Of a stretch of DNA of 49,210 nt, positions 24,140 through 34,695 are shown piece after piece; the first letter of the stretch is position 1; each line of letters opens with the position of its first letter. Under the pieces are notes generated by a model, which did no database searches, had not been told where the DNA came from, and saw nothing but the letters and a program-made list of their open reading frames with translations. A program made the position numbers and the translations under genes. This DNA is from a virus (Duplodnaviria; Caudoviricetes): IMG/VR virus record IMGVR_UViG_3300033067_000254, positions 1-49,210 of that record, one strand, 5' to 3'.

Positions 24140-25846
24140 ATGAGTAAGATTGTTTTGAACGATGTTACGAATCTGAATTCATTGTCAGTCATTAACGATA
24201 ACTTCGATAAGATTGAACAAGAGTTTCAGAACAAAGTATTTTATCGAGATAACCCAGATGGGGAGCCGAATACACTTAATGGTGATTTGGATGCCAACGG
24301 TGGTAACATCTATAACGTTGCAACACTGAGTGTGTCAGATACGTTTACGGTTAATGGTCAGAGCATTGAACAGGCTGTGTCTGCTGCTGCTGCAGAGATT
24401 GAACAGTCGGCTCAAAGCGCAGAGAACAGTGCTATTGCTGCGGCTAACAGTGCTGTTGCAGCTGCTGCCAGTGCCACCACTGCTAACAACGCTATTGCCT
24501 CCACAGCGGCTAATGCAGCAATTGCCACTACCAAAGCAAGCGAAGCTTCTACTAGCGCATCTAATGCAGCTGCTTCTGTAGCCTCTGCTGTGTCAATTTA
24601 CGGAAGCATTACTGCAGTACAAACTGCTGCATCAAATGCTCAAGCTTCTGCTACTGCTGCAGCTACGAGTGCTACTAACTCGCAGAACTCCGCTACTGCT
24701 TCGCAAGGATATGCGAATAACTCTCAAGCATCTGCCACTGCAGCAAGTGCTAGTGCAACCAGTGCAGCTGGAAGTGCTACAGCTGCTCAAGGGTATCTGG
24801 CTCCTGTCACATCTACATCTACTAGCTCTGTACTGATTGCGACAGGTACTCGTAACTTCACTGTTGAGACAGGCAAGCCGTGGGTTGCAGGGATGCCTAT
24901 CAAGATTGCAGTTACTGCTTCGCCCAATTCTAACTACATGATTGGATCAGTAACAAGTTACAACAGTGGAACCGGTGCGTTGTCTGTGTTTATTGACTCT
25001 GTTGTAGGGAGTGGTACATACGATGCTTGGACTCTTTCGTTACAAAGTGGAAGTAGTGCTTCTCTTACAACTAAGTTGTTAAGAGCACGATACCTAGCTA
25101 GTGGTACCACTTATACTCCTCCTGCGGATGTAAAAGAGTTTTACGTTCAAGTATACGGTGCAAGTGGTGGAGTTAGTGGCGGATCTCTTGGCGGAGTTGG
25201 CGGACCTGGTTACGCAGAAAAATACTACCCAATACCTTCTGGTTCCTATAGCTATACTGTTGGCGCAGCAGGTACTCCTAGTGGAACAGCAGGTGGGACA
25301 ACCACTTTTAATGGTATAAGTGTTACCGGATCTGGTGGAGTTACAACTACAACAGGAAGTGCTGGCGGTGTTGGCTCTGGCGGAGATTTTAATGCAACTG
25401 GTGGGACTGGTGGAAATCGCGTAACATCCGGATACGGTGGTTGTGGAGGTGCTGGATCTCGTGCAGGCAACGGTGGAAACGGCGGAATTGATGGAGGTGC
25501 TAGTGGTCAAGGAGGTACCGGAGGGAATAACGCAAGCGGCTTTATTCCTGGATCTGGAGCAACAGCTCCAAGTGGCAGTGCTATTGTCATGCCATGGGGT
25601 ACAGAAACTTTCATGGGAGGATCACCCCTTGGAGCATCTGCTAAAGGCGCATGTGGAGCACCTCTTTTAGAAAACTCTTATGCAAGTTTAATTGGCTATC
25701 CAGCCCTTGTCACGTATCAATTGCCGATGGTTGCACCTGTTTATAATTCTGCAACAGTGTTTCGCCCTTATCCTTTTGCACAATATGGCAATAATTCTAC
25801 AAGTGGTATGCCTGGCTTAATCGTCATCATCGAGGTACTAAAATGA
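24140..25846 (+). CDS. Tail fibre-like protein
   Basis: N-terminal INDNFDKIE...YRDNPDGEPN anchor-like region, Ala/Ser-rich heptad stalk, Gly-rich C-terminal domain; AAGGAA RBS. Confidence 0.75.
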   Translation: MSKIVLNDVTNLNSLSVINDNFDKIEQEFQNKVFYRDNPDGEPNTLNGDLDANGGNIYNVATLSVSDTFTVNGQSIEQAVSAAAAEIEQSAQSAENSAIAAANSAVAAAASATTANNAIASTAANAAIATTKASEASTSASNAAASVASAVSIYGSITAVQTAASNAQASATAAATSATNSQNSATASQGYANNSQASATAASASATSAAGSATAAQGYLAPVTSTSTSSVLIATGTRNFTVETGKPWVAGMPIKIAVTASPNSNYMIGSVTSYNSGTGALSVFIDSVVGSGTYDAWTLSLQSGSSASLTTKLLRARYLASGTTYTPPADVKEFYVQVYGASGGVSGGSLGGVGGPGYAEKYYPIPSGSYSYTVGAAGTPSGTAGGTTTFNGISVTGSGGVTTTTGSAGGVGSGGDFNATGGTGGNRVTSGYGGCGGAGSRAGNGGNGGIDGGASGQGGTGGNNASGFIPGSGATAPSGSAIVMPWGTETFMGGSPLGASAKGACGAPLLENSYASLIGYPALVTYQLPMVAPVYNSATVFRPYPFAQYGNNSTSGMPGLIVIIEVLK

Positions 25847-26055
25847 TCGCAGCAAAACTTGACGGCAACATTGTAATTAACACTATTGTTGTCGATGAAA
25901 TCCCTGAAGGGTATGTGGCTTGTCCGGAGTGGGTAGGGATTGGTATGGATATTGATACACCAGAGCCTATTATTATTGAACCTGTTCTCTCCCCTGTTGA
26001 GAAACTTAAAGAGTTTTTGTCACAAAACCCTGATGTGGCTAACATTTTGGTGTAA
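25843..26055 (+). CDS. Hypothetical protein, possible tail fibre assembly factor
   Basis: Small ORF coupled by ATGA overlap to the tail fibre gene. Confidence 0.6.
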   Translation: MIAAKLDGNIVINTIVVDEIPEGYVACPEWVGIGMDIDTPEPIIIEPVLSPVEKLKEFLSQNPDVANILV

Positions 26056-26058
26056 TAA

Positions 26059-26283
26059 ATGGAAACAACTAACGAAATTAGTCACAAGGAGATTTATGAT
26101 CGTCTTTTAGTAGTTGAATCAGAAGTACGTACATTAACGACTAATACGTCAGATATGGTTACTGCTTTTAATGCTGCTAAAGGCGCCTTTACTGCCCTGG
26201 AATGGATAGGTAAAGTAATTAAACCTCTTATTGTTATTGGCACATTCCTCGCCGGAATTGCTGCTTACTGGAGTCACAGATGA
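26059..26283 (+). CDS. Small membrane protein of the lysis cassette
   Basis: Coiled-coil-like N-terminus and C-terminal hydrophobic helix; upstream of the endolysin. Confidence 0.6.
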   Translation: METTNEISHKEIYDRLLVVESEVRTLTTNTSDMVTAFNAAKGAFTALEWIGKVIKPLIVIGTFLAGIAAYWSHR

Positions 26284-26654
26284 TTTTAGAAACCCTTATT
26301 GGTGCTTTGGTTCCTATTGGAGCTGAAGCCATCAAGCAAGGGGTTTCCAAATTGATGGGTGGTGTTAAGCCAGCTACAATTGACGAACAAATTAAACTTG
26401 ATCAAAGTGAAATTGCACGTCTGGAAGCCCTTGCAAAGCTTGACACCCCTGTTGGACAACCTAGCCAATGGGTGATTGACCTTCGAGCGTCTGCTCGTTA
26501 CATCGGTGCTCTTGCTGTTATTGCTACAGGAATTGGTACGCTGTATATTACAGGTCTTGATGCGTCAGTTAAAATGGTTGCACTGGAAGCTGCTAATATT
26601 GCTTTTGGCTTCTTGTTCGGATCGCGGATTATTAGTTCGTGGAGCCGTAAATGA
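26280..26654 (+). CDS. Putative holin
   Basis: Two to three hydrophobic segments, C-terminal GFLFGSR, immediately upstream of the endolysin. Confidence 0.65.
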   Translation: MILETLIGALVPIGAEAIKQGVSKLMGGVKPATIDEQIKLDQSEIARLEALAKLDTPVGQPSQWVIDLRASARYIGALAVIATGIGTLYITGLDASVKMVALEAANIAFGFLFGSRIISSWSRK

Positions 26655-27019
26655 CGTATATTCTTTCTCAAAAATCTTTGGATAAGATGAAAGGTGTCGA
26701 TGATGACTTGGTGCGCGTAATCAAACGCGCCATTGAGTTGACACCTGTTGATTTCAAAGTATTAGAAGGTATTCGTACTTTGGAGCGTCAAAAAGAGATT
26801 ATGGCTGCAGGTTTTACTCAGACAATGAAGAGTAAACATTTGATAGGCCGTGCAGTTGATTTAGGGGCCCTTAAAGACGGTGTAATCACCTGGGACAAGC
26901 AACCCTACGTTGACATCTCAAAAGCTGTTAAACAGGCCGCAAAAGAGCTTGGAATTGAAATCCGATGGGGTGGAGATTTTAAGAGTTTCTTTGACGGCCC
27001 TCATTATGAGTTAATTTAA
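26651..27019 (+). CDS. Endolysin, peptidase M15 (L-Ala-D-Glu peptidase type)
   Basis: EGIRTLERQ, SKHLIGRAVD, WGGDF and DGPHYEL motifs. Confidence 0.92.
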   Translation: MTYILSQKSLDKMKGVDDDLVRVIKRAIELTPVDFKVLEGIRTLERQKEIMAAGFTQTMKSKHLIGRAVDLGALKDGVITWDKQPYVDISKAVKQAAKELGIEIRWGGDFKSFFDGPHYELI

Positions 27020-27286
27020 ATGGCAACTAAAAAAGATTCACGACTTGCTAATGCAGGCGTATCTGGTTATAACAAACCAAAAGCTACTCCTAATCATCCT
27101 ACTAAAAGCCACGTAGTTGTGGCAAAAGAAGGCGATAAGGTTAAGACAATTCGTTTTGGTCAAAAAGGAGTTAAAGGTTCTCCAGACGGCTCAAAACGCA
27201 ATGAAGCATTTAAAGCTCGACACGCTAAAAATATTGCAAAAGGTAAAATGTCTGCAGCGTATTGGGCAGATAAGGTTAAATGGTAA
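27020..27286 (+). CDS. Conserved basic hypothetical phage protein
   Basis: YNKPK...KSHVVVAK...IRFGQ...FKARH...SAAYWADKVKW, a pattern familiar from aquatic phages. Confidence 0.8.
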   Translation: MATKKDSRLANAGVSGYNKPKATPNHPTKSHVVVAKEGDKVKTIRFGQKGVKGSPDGSKRNEAFKARHAKNIAKGKMSAAYWADKVKW

Positions 27287-27789
27287 TGGAAGATAAACGA
27301 TCTCTCATGCTAGACAGCATGGGTAAGTATCGTACTCAGTCTTTGTTCCTGGAACTAGGTTATAAGGATGAAGCGGTCTTCACATTGAAAGATCTTGACC
27401 ACTCTCTTAACGATAAATCTTATGTCTCGTTGAAGCGGTTGTATCTGGAATGTGAAGACCCAACTGAATACGAATTTGCTACGCAACATTTGCTTGGATG
27501 GAAACATTGGCAACGGTTGTGTGAAAATAAAATTTTGCGAAAGCATATTGATGAATGGCGTGATGAATTGGAAGTAAAACTTCGTTCACAAGCCATCTTA
27601 GAAGCGATTAAACAGGCTCGTAACGGGACTTTCCAAGCAGCTAAATGGGTAGCTGACCGGGGATGGTCTACACGTGCTGCAGGCCGTCCTACTAAAGCTG
27701 ATGTAGAGCATGAAAAGAAAATCATGGCTCGTATTGACAGTGAGTATAATGACGACGTTATTCGCATGTTCCAACAGAAACAAGGATAA
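27280..27789 (+). CDS. Probable terminase small subunit
   Basis: TQSLFLE...SLKRLYL...DPTEYEFA...WKHWQRL...WRDELEVK...AAKW...GRP pattern recalled from PaP3/LUZ24-like TerS; upstream of TerL. Confidence 0.65.
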   Translation: MVMEDKRSLMLDSMGKYRTQSLFLELGYKDEAVFTLKDLDHSLNDKSYVSLKRLYLECEDPTEYEFATQHLLGWKHWQRLCENKILRKHIDEWRDELEVKLRSQAILEAIKQARNGTFQAAKWVADRGWSTRAAGRPTKADVEHEKKIMARIDSEYNDDVIRMFQQKQG

Positions 27790-27791
27790 TT

Positions 27792-28307
27792 ATGTCACTT
27801 CACGCAATTGACGAATCTACACAAAAACTGACACATCTTGAGTCAGCTAACAAATCTCTCAAAATTGCCAACTATATTTGGGATGTTAATTCGCTCTCTT
27901 GGGTGAAACAAAGTGCTTCTGGTGGTGGTACTGGTTCAGAAGTTGTTGTAACTAACTTTCCCGCTGTATTCCCTATTTCTGATAACGGGGGAAGCATTAC
28001 AGTTGATGGAACAGTGTCTGTAACAGGAATTGGTCCTGCTTCTAGCAATACAACAGCTAACATTACCATCAGTACAAGCCCTCAAACATTGCTGTCAATT
28101 AACGCATCACGTAAAGGTGCAACAATCTTTAATAATAGCGACACTGCAACAACATATGTGAATTTTGGTAACACTGTCAGTAATACTGATTTTATTGTTG
28201 CCATGGCACCTAAAAGCTATTACGAAGTGCCTTTTGGATTTACAGGAAAAATTGTGGCAGTTTCGTCAGTAGCTAGTGGATTTTTAACGGTTTCGGAGAT
28301 GACATAA
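27792..28307 (+). CDS. Hypothetical, probable virion accessory protein
   Basis: Thr/Ser-rich and beta-strand-like; ISDNGGSITVDG and NASRKGATIFN motifs. Confidence 0.7.
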   Translation: MSLHAIDESTQKLTHLESANKSLKIANYIWDVNSLSWVKQSASGGGTGSEVVVTNFPAVFPISDNGGSITVDGTVSVTGIGPASSNTTANITISTSPQTLLSINASRKGATIFNNSDTATTYVNFGNTVSNTDFIVAMAPKSYYEVPFGFTGKIVAVSSVASGFLTVSEMT

Positions 28308-28744
28308 TGCCTTATTATCCATCTAACGAATTAGATCCAAGTGTTTTAAAAGATTCCGATATTGGTATTAGTGTTCAGGGATATAACCCTAATACAGTTA
28401 TTGATTCTGGCTATGTTCATACAGATAATAACTATACTAATGCAGATAAATCAAAAGTTGATACAGCTGTTCAACCAGCCGATATCACCGATGTTGTTCG
28501 AGACTCGGATATTGGTGTTACTGTACAAGCGTATGACGTTGATTTGACTTCATGGGCGGGAATTTCCCCATCTTCAAAACAAAACACGCTAGTTTCAGGT
28601 ACGTCTATAAAAACGGTTAATAATACATCTTTGTTAGGATCTGGTGATTTAACTTTGTTTTCTGGAGGACTTACTCAGGTTGTGATTGTATCTACACTCC
28701 CTGGTACACCTAATCCAAATACTCTTTATATTGTGACAGGATAA
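28307..28744 (+). CDS. Short tail-fibre-like protein
   Basis: Internal repeat DSDIGISVQGY/DSDIGVTVQAY; YVHTDNNYT and KQNTLVSGTSIKTVN fibre-type motifs. Confidence 0.65.
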   Translation: MPYYPSNELDPSVLKDSDIGISVQGYNPNTVIDSGYVHTDNNYTNADKSKVDTAVQPADITDVVRDSDIGVTVQAYDVDLTSWAGISPSSKQNTLVSGTSIKTVNNTSLLGSGDLTLFSGGLTQVVIVSTLPGTPNPNTLYIVTG

Positions 28745-28748
28745 TCTT

Positions 28749-30608
28749 ATGACAGCTTATTATGTCAGCCCTTATACTGTTACTAACGGCACAGGTACAT
28801 GGGCCTCTCCATATTCTACTAATAGCTCAGGTCGTGCCACGTTAGTTGCAGGAGATGAAATTCGAGTAGTTTCAAAACCTATTCTAGATATTCTTGATAC
28901 TACTGTTTATACAGCTACTTTAACTGACTATCGAACTCTTACAATTACAGCTGGAGGAGGGTTGGGAGCTGATTTCAGCACTTCCACTGTTTGTTACTTG
29001 CCTCAGTTTGATACGTTTTTTCGCGTTACTGCGGTTGTTGGTAATGCTATTAACGTGGGAACTTCTAGCTGCTTACCTATTTACAACTCCACAGTTAATA
29101 TCGGTGTAGTTGTTCAGCGTGTGCTTGCATCCGCAATTCCTTTGACAAGCCCTACACAATACATCTGGCCAAGTCTTACTTCTAATGTTACCATCACTGA
29201 TGGCTGGATTGCAGATGGTGTACAGCTTTTAGATGGTAGTGCAAAATCTTTAATTACAAATCCATCAAGTTCTGTTACTTTCCGCGTAGATAACACAAGT
29301 AACACTATCGTTCAGCGAACAAATGTCACCATTGATCTTGGACAGACTCATGTTATTACAGGAATTGGTACAACGGCCAACACAAGCACTATTATTTCTT
29401 CAGGAGGCGCTAACACCATACTTGGTCAAGTAGCTACTCACACCAGCGGCACTCCAACGATAAATATTGGGAGTGGTAGCAGTGCTCCGTCAATTGGTGG
29501 GTCACTTCGTGTTAAGCACATGTCAGGATATGCTCCCATGGCGGGTATCTACGCTCGTAATATGACTATTACACTGGATAATACTGCCATGCGTTATGGT
29601 GATTTTTTCATTTATACTGCTAGTAGCACTCAGCCACTGTTTTTGGTGGATTGTACTCTAAACTTAGGTAACTTAATCTCTGGTGGTCCAGGTTCTGGGT
29701 CTGGATTATTTTATGGCAACTTGTTAGCATCTAATACCATCAATATCACAGGTACGTTGGATTGCTATGGATCAATCAGTAACCAATTTATTACCAATAT
29801 TCTTGGTGACTATACATTGACACTAGGACCTAGTGTTCAGATTTTCAATGCTCGCAGGACATCATCCATAACATCTTTTTTGTACCGGTATCGTGCCGGT
29901 TCTGAAAACTTTGGGGGTATGTCAATATTCACTGTTCCTATTATTAACCCAGGTAGTTTTCCAATTACGACAGCAGATGTTGATTTTGGTAGTGGAACTA
30001 TTTCTACCAACGGATTGTTGAACTCCAGTCCATTACACAAGCAACCAACGCTTATTCGTATTGATACCCCTTACCCGGTAACTAATATCTCACGTTATCC
30101 TCAAGGTGCTCATATTGCGCGGAATGTTGTGTTGACTACCAGAAATGGAAGTATTGATCCCATCGAAATACTTGGAATTGATGCGGCACCTTATAGTACC
30201 ACCTTGGCAGCTACTAACTGTCCCGTTGTCAGAACAGATGCTACAACATTCAGGACTACTGGTCCAAGTTTACGAGCTGAACTTACCATACGAAGTGTAG
30301 CAAACTGGCCTTCATACGCACGGTCCATCAAGACGATAAAAATTCCAGTTACTGGAGGACTTAGTTATACTGTATCGGGATATATTCGCCAAAATATGGC
30401 AGGATATGTCAATGGAGATTGCAGAATGAGTCTTGTATTTGACAATGCTGACGTGGCTTTTCAAGATATGAGTATTACGTCTTTTAATTCTTGGGAGCCT
30501 TTTAGTTTAACATTCACAGCTTCGTATACAGGAGAAGCAATTCTGGCGTGGGAAATGTACTATAGACAAGCAGGAATTATGTGGCTTGATGATTTAACAA
30601 TTTCGTAA
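28749..30608 (+). CDS. Putative receptor-binding or tailspike-like protein
   Basis: 619 aa, Thr/Ser/Gly-rich; N-terminal YYVSP...GTGTWASPY; C-terminal YTVSGYIR...WEPFSLTFT...WLDDLTIS resembles a carbohydrate-binding jelly roll. Confidence 0.55.
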   Translation: MTAYYVSPYTVTNGTGTWASPYSTNSSGRATLVAGDEIRVVSKPILDILDTTVYTATLTDYRTLTITAGGGLGADFSTSTVCYLPQFDTFFRVTAVVGNAINVGTSSCLPIYNSTVNIGVVVQRVLASAIPLTSPTQYIWPSLTSNVTITDGWIADGVQLLDGSAKSLITNPSSSVTFRVDNTSNTIVQRTNVTIDLGQTHVITGIGTTANTSTIISSGGANTILGQVATHTSGTPTINIGSGSSAPSIGGSLRVKHMSGYAPMAGIYARNMTITLDNTAMRYGDFFIYTASSTQPLFLVDCTLNLGNLISGGPGSGSGLFYGNLLASNTINITGTLDCYGSISNQFITNILGDYTLTLGPSVQIFNARRTSSITSFLYRYRAGSENFGGMSIFTVPIINPGSFPITTADVDFGSGTISTNGLLNSSPLHKQPTLIRIDTPYPVTNISRYPQGAHIARNVVLTTRNGSIDPIEILGIDAAPYSTTLAATNCPVVRTDATTFRTTGPSLRAELTIRSVANWPSYARSIKTIKIPVTGGLSYTVSGYIRQNMAGYVNGDCRMSLVFDNADVAFQDMSITSFNSWEPFSLTFTASYTGEAILAWEMYYRQAGIMWLDDLTIS

Positions 30609-30613
30609 CAACT

Positions 30614-30826
30614 ATGAATACTTTTCATTTACTAGGTTACGATATATCTTCTTCTTTTAGGCAAACATCAAAAACCCATGTAGGGTTGTTTGCTTTAATT
30701 GGAGGAGGTGTAACACCTCCAATTGGTGATTCATCAATTTACTATGGAAGCATTAACATCACATCAATCTATTACGGTAGCACCCCTGTATCAGCTATCT
30801 ATTATGGAGCGATAAAAGTATTTTAA
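30614..30826 (+). CDS. Hypothetical protein with three IYYG repeats
   Basis: SSIYYGS/TSIYYGS/SAIYYGA repeats. Confidence 0.65.
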   Translation: MNTFHLLGYDISSSFRQTSKTHVGLFALIGGGVTPPIGDSSIYYGSINITSIYYGSTPVSAIYYGAIKVF

Positions 30827-30828
30827 AC

Positions 30829-31074
30829 ATGAAAAACGATTACAGTGTAGAAAAAGTGGTTGTATCCCGTAACTGGAACAACCCCAATATTGAACTTTTT
30901 ATTAACGCAGCCTCTGTAGGGGCTCGAATGGAAGTTTCTGATTTTATCACTGCTGTTGTAGAAGAAATTGGCAACCCTACATTGCTTGTTACTAAAGCAG
31001 CCCTGATTAAGAAAATTAACGAAGCAGCTGCTAAAGTAGTAGCTGAAATGAAAAACCAAACAGTGAATATTTAA
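30829..31074 (+). CDS. Hypothetical protein
   Basis: 81-aa ORF immediately upstream of TerL. Confidence 0.75.
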   Translation: MKNDYSVEKVVVSRNWNNPNIELFINAASVGARMEVSDFITAVVEEIGNPTLLVTKAALIKKINEAAAKVVAEMKNQTVNI

Positions 31075-31075
31075 T

Positions 31076-32686
31076 ATGGCAAATGAAGATGATGTCTGGC
31101 GAAAACAAGCTGCACTGAAACTAGAAAAGATGCCTGAAGAGGCGAAACAGATTCGTGAAACAGCAATCAACGACCTCTTCTTCTTTGCTAAGCTAGTGAA
31201 TCCTGGATACGTGTACGGAGATATCCATAAAGATCTCTTTGTATGGATGCAGGAATATAGCTTATACGGTCAAGGACAAGGACTCTCAACTAACAAGCTT
31301 ATTATGCTTCCTCGTGCTCACTTAAAAAGTCACATGGTTGCAACATGGGCTGCATGGATTATTACACGCCATCCTGAAGTCACTTGTCTTTACGTATCTG
31401 CTACTGCTGAATTGGCTGAAACACAGCTTTACGCAATTCAGAATATCTTGGCAAGTACAGTATATCAACGGTACTTTCCTGAGTATATCAACCCGCAAGA
31501 GGGTAAGCGAGAAAAATGGAGCCAACGTAAATTTACAATTGATCATATCAAACGTAAACAAGAAGGTATTCGTGATGCAACAGTGTCTACTGCTGGGTTG
31601 ACCACTAACACAACTGGCTGGCACGCTGACATTATTATTGCCGATGACTTGGTTGTTCCTGAAAACGCTTACACTGAAGATGGTCGTGACGGAGTTATGA
31701 AGAAAAGCTCTCAGTTTACTTCTATCCGAAATGCAGGTGGATTTACAATGGCATGTGGTACGCGCTATCATCCTGCTGATATATATGCTACTTGGAAATC
31801 ACAAGAATACGATGTATTTGATGACACAGGTGAAATTGTAAATAGAGAGAAAGTTTGGGAAATTAAAGAATACGCTGTGGAAACAGATGGTATTTTTCTC
31901 TGGCCCAAAGCTATGCGTTCAGATAAGAAGTTCTTTGGATTCGATGCACAGGTACTCGCACGGATTAGAGCTGAATATTCTGATCGTGTACAGTTCTACG
32001 CACAATACTACAACGATCCTAATGATCCCGGTTCCAATCGAATTGACCGCGAACGATTTCAATATTACGATAAAAAGTTTATTCGACAAGAGAACGGGCA
32101 TTGGTATTTTAAACGTAAACGTCTTAACGTCTATGCCGCTATTGACTTTGCTTTTAGCTTAAGCAAAAAGTCAGACAACACTGCTATTGTGGTGATTGGC
32201 GTAGATGAAGATAATCACATCTATGTCCTTGACATTGCCGTATTTAAGAGTGATAAAATCAGCGAATATTTTAATCAATTAGCTGGTCTACACTCTAAGT
32301 GGGAATTCAAGAAGCTACGAGCTGAAGTAACTGTTGCTCAAGCAGTTATTGTTCGTGACTTGAAAGATAAACTACGTGAGGAAGGAATGACTCTTTCCAT
32401 TGATGAGCATCGTCCTACACGTAACGAAGGTACTAAAGCTGAGCGTATTGCTTCTGCTTTGGAACACCGATATGAAAACCAATCTATTTGGCACTTTAAA
32501 GGTGGGTATATTGACATGCTGGAGGAAGAACTTATTCTAGCACGTCCAGCCCATGATGACATTAAAGATGCCCTTGCAAGTGCTGTAGAGATTGCAGTAA
32601 AGCCCAAACGTACACGTGAGCTAGAAGATGGCTATACGAACGTTGTTCAGTTTAATTCTCGTTTCGGCGGGGTTCGTTTTAGGTAA
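31076..32686 (+). CDS. terL: Terminase large subunit
   Basis: LPRAHLKS Walker A variant, GWHADIIIADD Walker B, GTRYH, nuclease AIDFA...DNTA and HDDIKDA motifs. Confidence 0.93.
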   Translation: MANEDDVWRKQAALKLEKMPEEAKQIRETAINDLFFFAKLVNPGYVYGDIHKDLFVWMQEYSLYGQGQGLSTNKLIMLPRAHLKSHMVATWAAWIITRHPEVTCLYVSATAELAETQLYAIQNILASTVYQRYFPEYINPQEGKREKWSQRKFTIDHIKRKQEGIRDATVSTAGLTTNTTGWHADIIIADDLVVPENAYTEDGRDGVMKKSSQFTSIRNAGGFTMACGTRYHPADIYATWKSQEYDVFDDTGEIVNREKVWEIKEYAVETDGIFLWPKAMRSDKKFFGFDAQVLARIRAEYSDRVQFYAQYYNDPNDPGSNRIDRERFQYYDKKFIRQENGHWYFKRKRLNVYAAIDFAFSLSKKSDNTAIVVIGVDEDNHIYVLDIAVFKSDKISEYFNQLAGLHSKWEFKKLRAEVTVAQAVIVRDLKDKLREEGMTLSIDEHRPTRNEGTKAERIASALEHRYENQSIWHFKGGYIDMLEEELILARPAHDDIKDALASAVEIAVKPKRTRELEDGYTNVVQFNSRFGGVRFR

Positions 32687-32689
32687 AGA

Positions 32690-34438
32690 ATGGCAAGCAA
32701 ACCACTAGAAATTACAACAATGTTTGGTCGTGATAATGAGGCCAAATACATTGCACACACATGGCATACATATAACACACAACGACAGCCTAAGCTAGAG
32801 CTTTGGAAAGAGTTGCGTAATTATATCTTTGCTACTGATACAACCACAACCACTAACAAATCTCTTCCTTGGAAGAATAGCACTACCCTCCCTAAGCTCT
32901 GTCAGATTCGTGACAACTTGCACTCTAATTATGTTTCGGCTTTGTTCCCTAATGATGAGTGGTTGCAATGGGAAGGATACAATGCTGATGCTGCTGTTAA
33001 AGACAAAGCATTGGCTATTGAAGCGTATATGTCTAACAAGACACGAGAAAGCCATTTCCGGACCGAAATGAGCAAATGCTTATATGACTATATCGACTAT
33101 GGAAATAGCTTCGCTACGGTCGATTTTGAGGCTTCCTACCGCACTGATGATAAGGGATTTAAAACCCCTCAATACATTGGTCCTCGTCTTCGTCGTATTA
33201 GCCCTTTGGATATTGTATTCAATCCATTGGCTCAATCATTTAAAGAGTCGTTCAAAATCTTGCGTTATGTTAAACCTGTTGGTGAATTGAAACGCATGGC
33301 AGAGTCAGAACCAGATAATCGTTACCTGCACGAAGCTCTGGCTAAACGAGATGAAATGATTAAATACGCCAACGCTTATGGCGTAGAAGATGGTGATAAA
33401 TCCGATGCCATGCAAGTGGATGGATTTGGTAATTACAACGAATATCTGCAAAGTGGTTATTTTGAAATGCTCATCTTCTATGGTGACATTCACAATCAAG
33501 AAACTGGTGAGATGCAAGTTGGACGTACCATCACTGTTATTGATCGTATGTTCGTAATTAATAACACATCCTATCCATCATGGATTGGGCACGCTCCTAT
33601 CTACCATGTAGGGTGGCGTACCCGACCAGATAATCTCTGGGCTATGGGCCCTCTAGAGAACTTGGTGGGGATGCAATACCGTATTGATCACTTGGAGAAC
33701 TTGAAAGCTGATGCTATGGATTTGGCAGTGCTTCCTCCTTTGGTTATCTCTGGTGAAGTGGAGTCGTTCCAATATGCTCCTGGTTCTGAAATTCACATTG
33801 ATGAAAACGGTAGCGTAACAGAATTGGCTCGTAACGTCCAATGGGTGATTACAGCCGAGCAAGGTATTGATAAGCTTGAAATGCGAATGGAACAGTACGC
33901 AGGTGCTCCACGAGAGGCTATGGGTATTCGTTCTGCAGGTGAGAAAACAGCGTTTGAGATCCAACAGTTGCAAAACGCTGCAGGACGTATCTTTCAAGAG
34001 AAGATTACTACATTCGAGATTGAATTGCTGGAACCTATTCTCAACGCCATGTTGGAGACAGGACGCCGGAACCTTGATCAAGTTGATGTGATTCGTGTTA
34101 TCAATAACGACCTGGGTGTTAAACAGTTCGTGAACATCACTAAAGACGATATTACCGCCTCCGGCATTCTTCGTCCTATTGGTGCTCGTCACTTTGCTGC
34201 TCAAGCTCAGATGGTTCAGAACTTGACACAACTTTCTAACACGACTATTTGGCCTCAAATCTCTGCTCACATTAGCTCTATTGAACTGGCTAAGATGGTT
34301 GAAGATTTGCTTAACATTAACCGCTTCAAATTGGTACGTCCTAACGTAGCAGTATTTGAACAACAAGAAACTCAACGACTTGCTGGGCAAGCTCAAGAAG
34401 ACTTGATGGTTGAACAATCAATGCCTGTTCCTCAATGA
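32690..34438 (+). CDS. Portal protein
   Basis: 582 aa directly after TerL; DYIDYGN, RISPLDIVF and WAMGPL motifs of podoviral portals. Confidence 0.85.
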   Translation: MASKPLEITTMFGRDNEAKYIAHTWHTYNTQRQPKLELWKELRNYIFATDTTTTTNKSLPWKNSTTLPKLCQIRDNLHSNYVSALFPNDEWLQWEGYNADAAVKDKALAIEAYMSNKTRESHFRTEMSKCLYDYIDYGNSFATVDFEASYRTDDKGFKTPQYIGPRLRRISPLDIVFNPLAQSFKESFKILRYVKPVGELKRMAESEPDNRYLHEALAKRDEMIKYANAYGVEDGDKSDAMQVDGFGNYNEYLQSGYFEMLIFYGDIHNQETGEMQVGRTITVIDRMFVINNTSYPSWIGHAPIYHVGWRTRPDNLWAMGPLENLVGMQYRIDHLENLKADAMDLAVLPPLVISGEVESFQYAPGSEIHIDENGSVTELARNVQWVITAEQGIDKLEMRMEQYAGAPREAMGIRSAGEKTAFEIQQLQNAAGRIFQEKITTFEIELLEPILNAMLETGRRNLDQVDVIRVINNDLGVKQFVNITKDDITASGILRPIGARHFAAQAQMVQNLTQLSNTTIWPQISAHISSIELAKMVEDLLNINRFKLVRPNVAVFEQQETQRLAGQAQEDLMVEQSMPVPQ

Positions 34439-34695
34439 AAACTATCCTAACCAAAGGGTTAGACGAAAAGAAAGCTGAAGAATTAGTCTCTGACTTTAAA
34501 GCTTCAGCTTTTCTTCGTGAACGCCTTTCGGCAATTTTAGTCGATAAAGTTGATGCGTTACGCCGAGAAGTACGTCAGAAAACGAAGTATGAATCGCCCT
34601 CATGGGCGTATGTACAAGCTGACTATATTGGGTACGAAAGAGCTATTTATGAAGTTATTTCACTAATTTCTTCAAATTCTGGTGAAAAAGACTGA
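34435..34695 (+). CDS. Hypothetical protein
   Basis: Coupled to the portal gene; YESPSWAYVQAD motif. Confidence 0.8.
   Translation: MKTILTKGLDEKKAEELVSDFKASAFLRERLSAILVDKVDALRREVRQKTKYESPSWAYVQADYIGYERAIYEVISLISSNSGEKD

Noticed and set aside
24370-24800. GCT/GCA-rich quasi-repeats
   Set aside because: Explained by the Ala/Ser heptad stalk of the tail fibre protein, not an independent DNA repeat.
33653-34417. 254-aa antisense ORF in the portal gene, and similar antisense ORFs across the window
   Set aside because: Fully nested opposite well-supported genes; protein sequences show no motifs.
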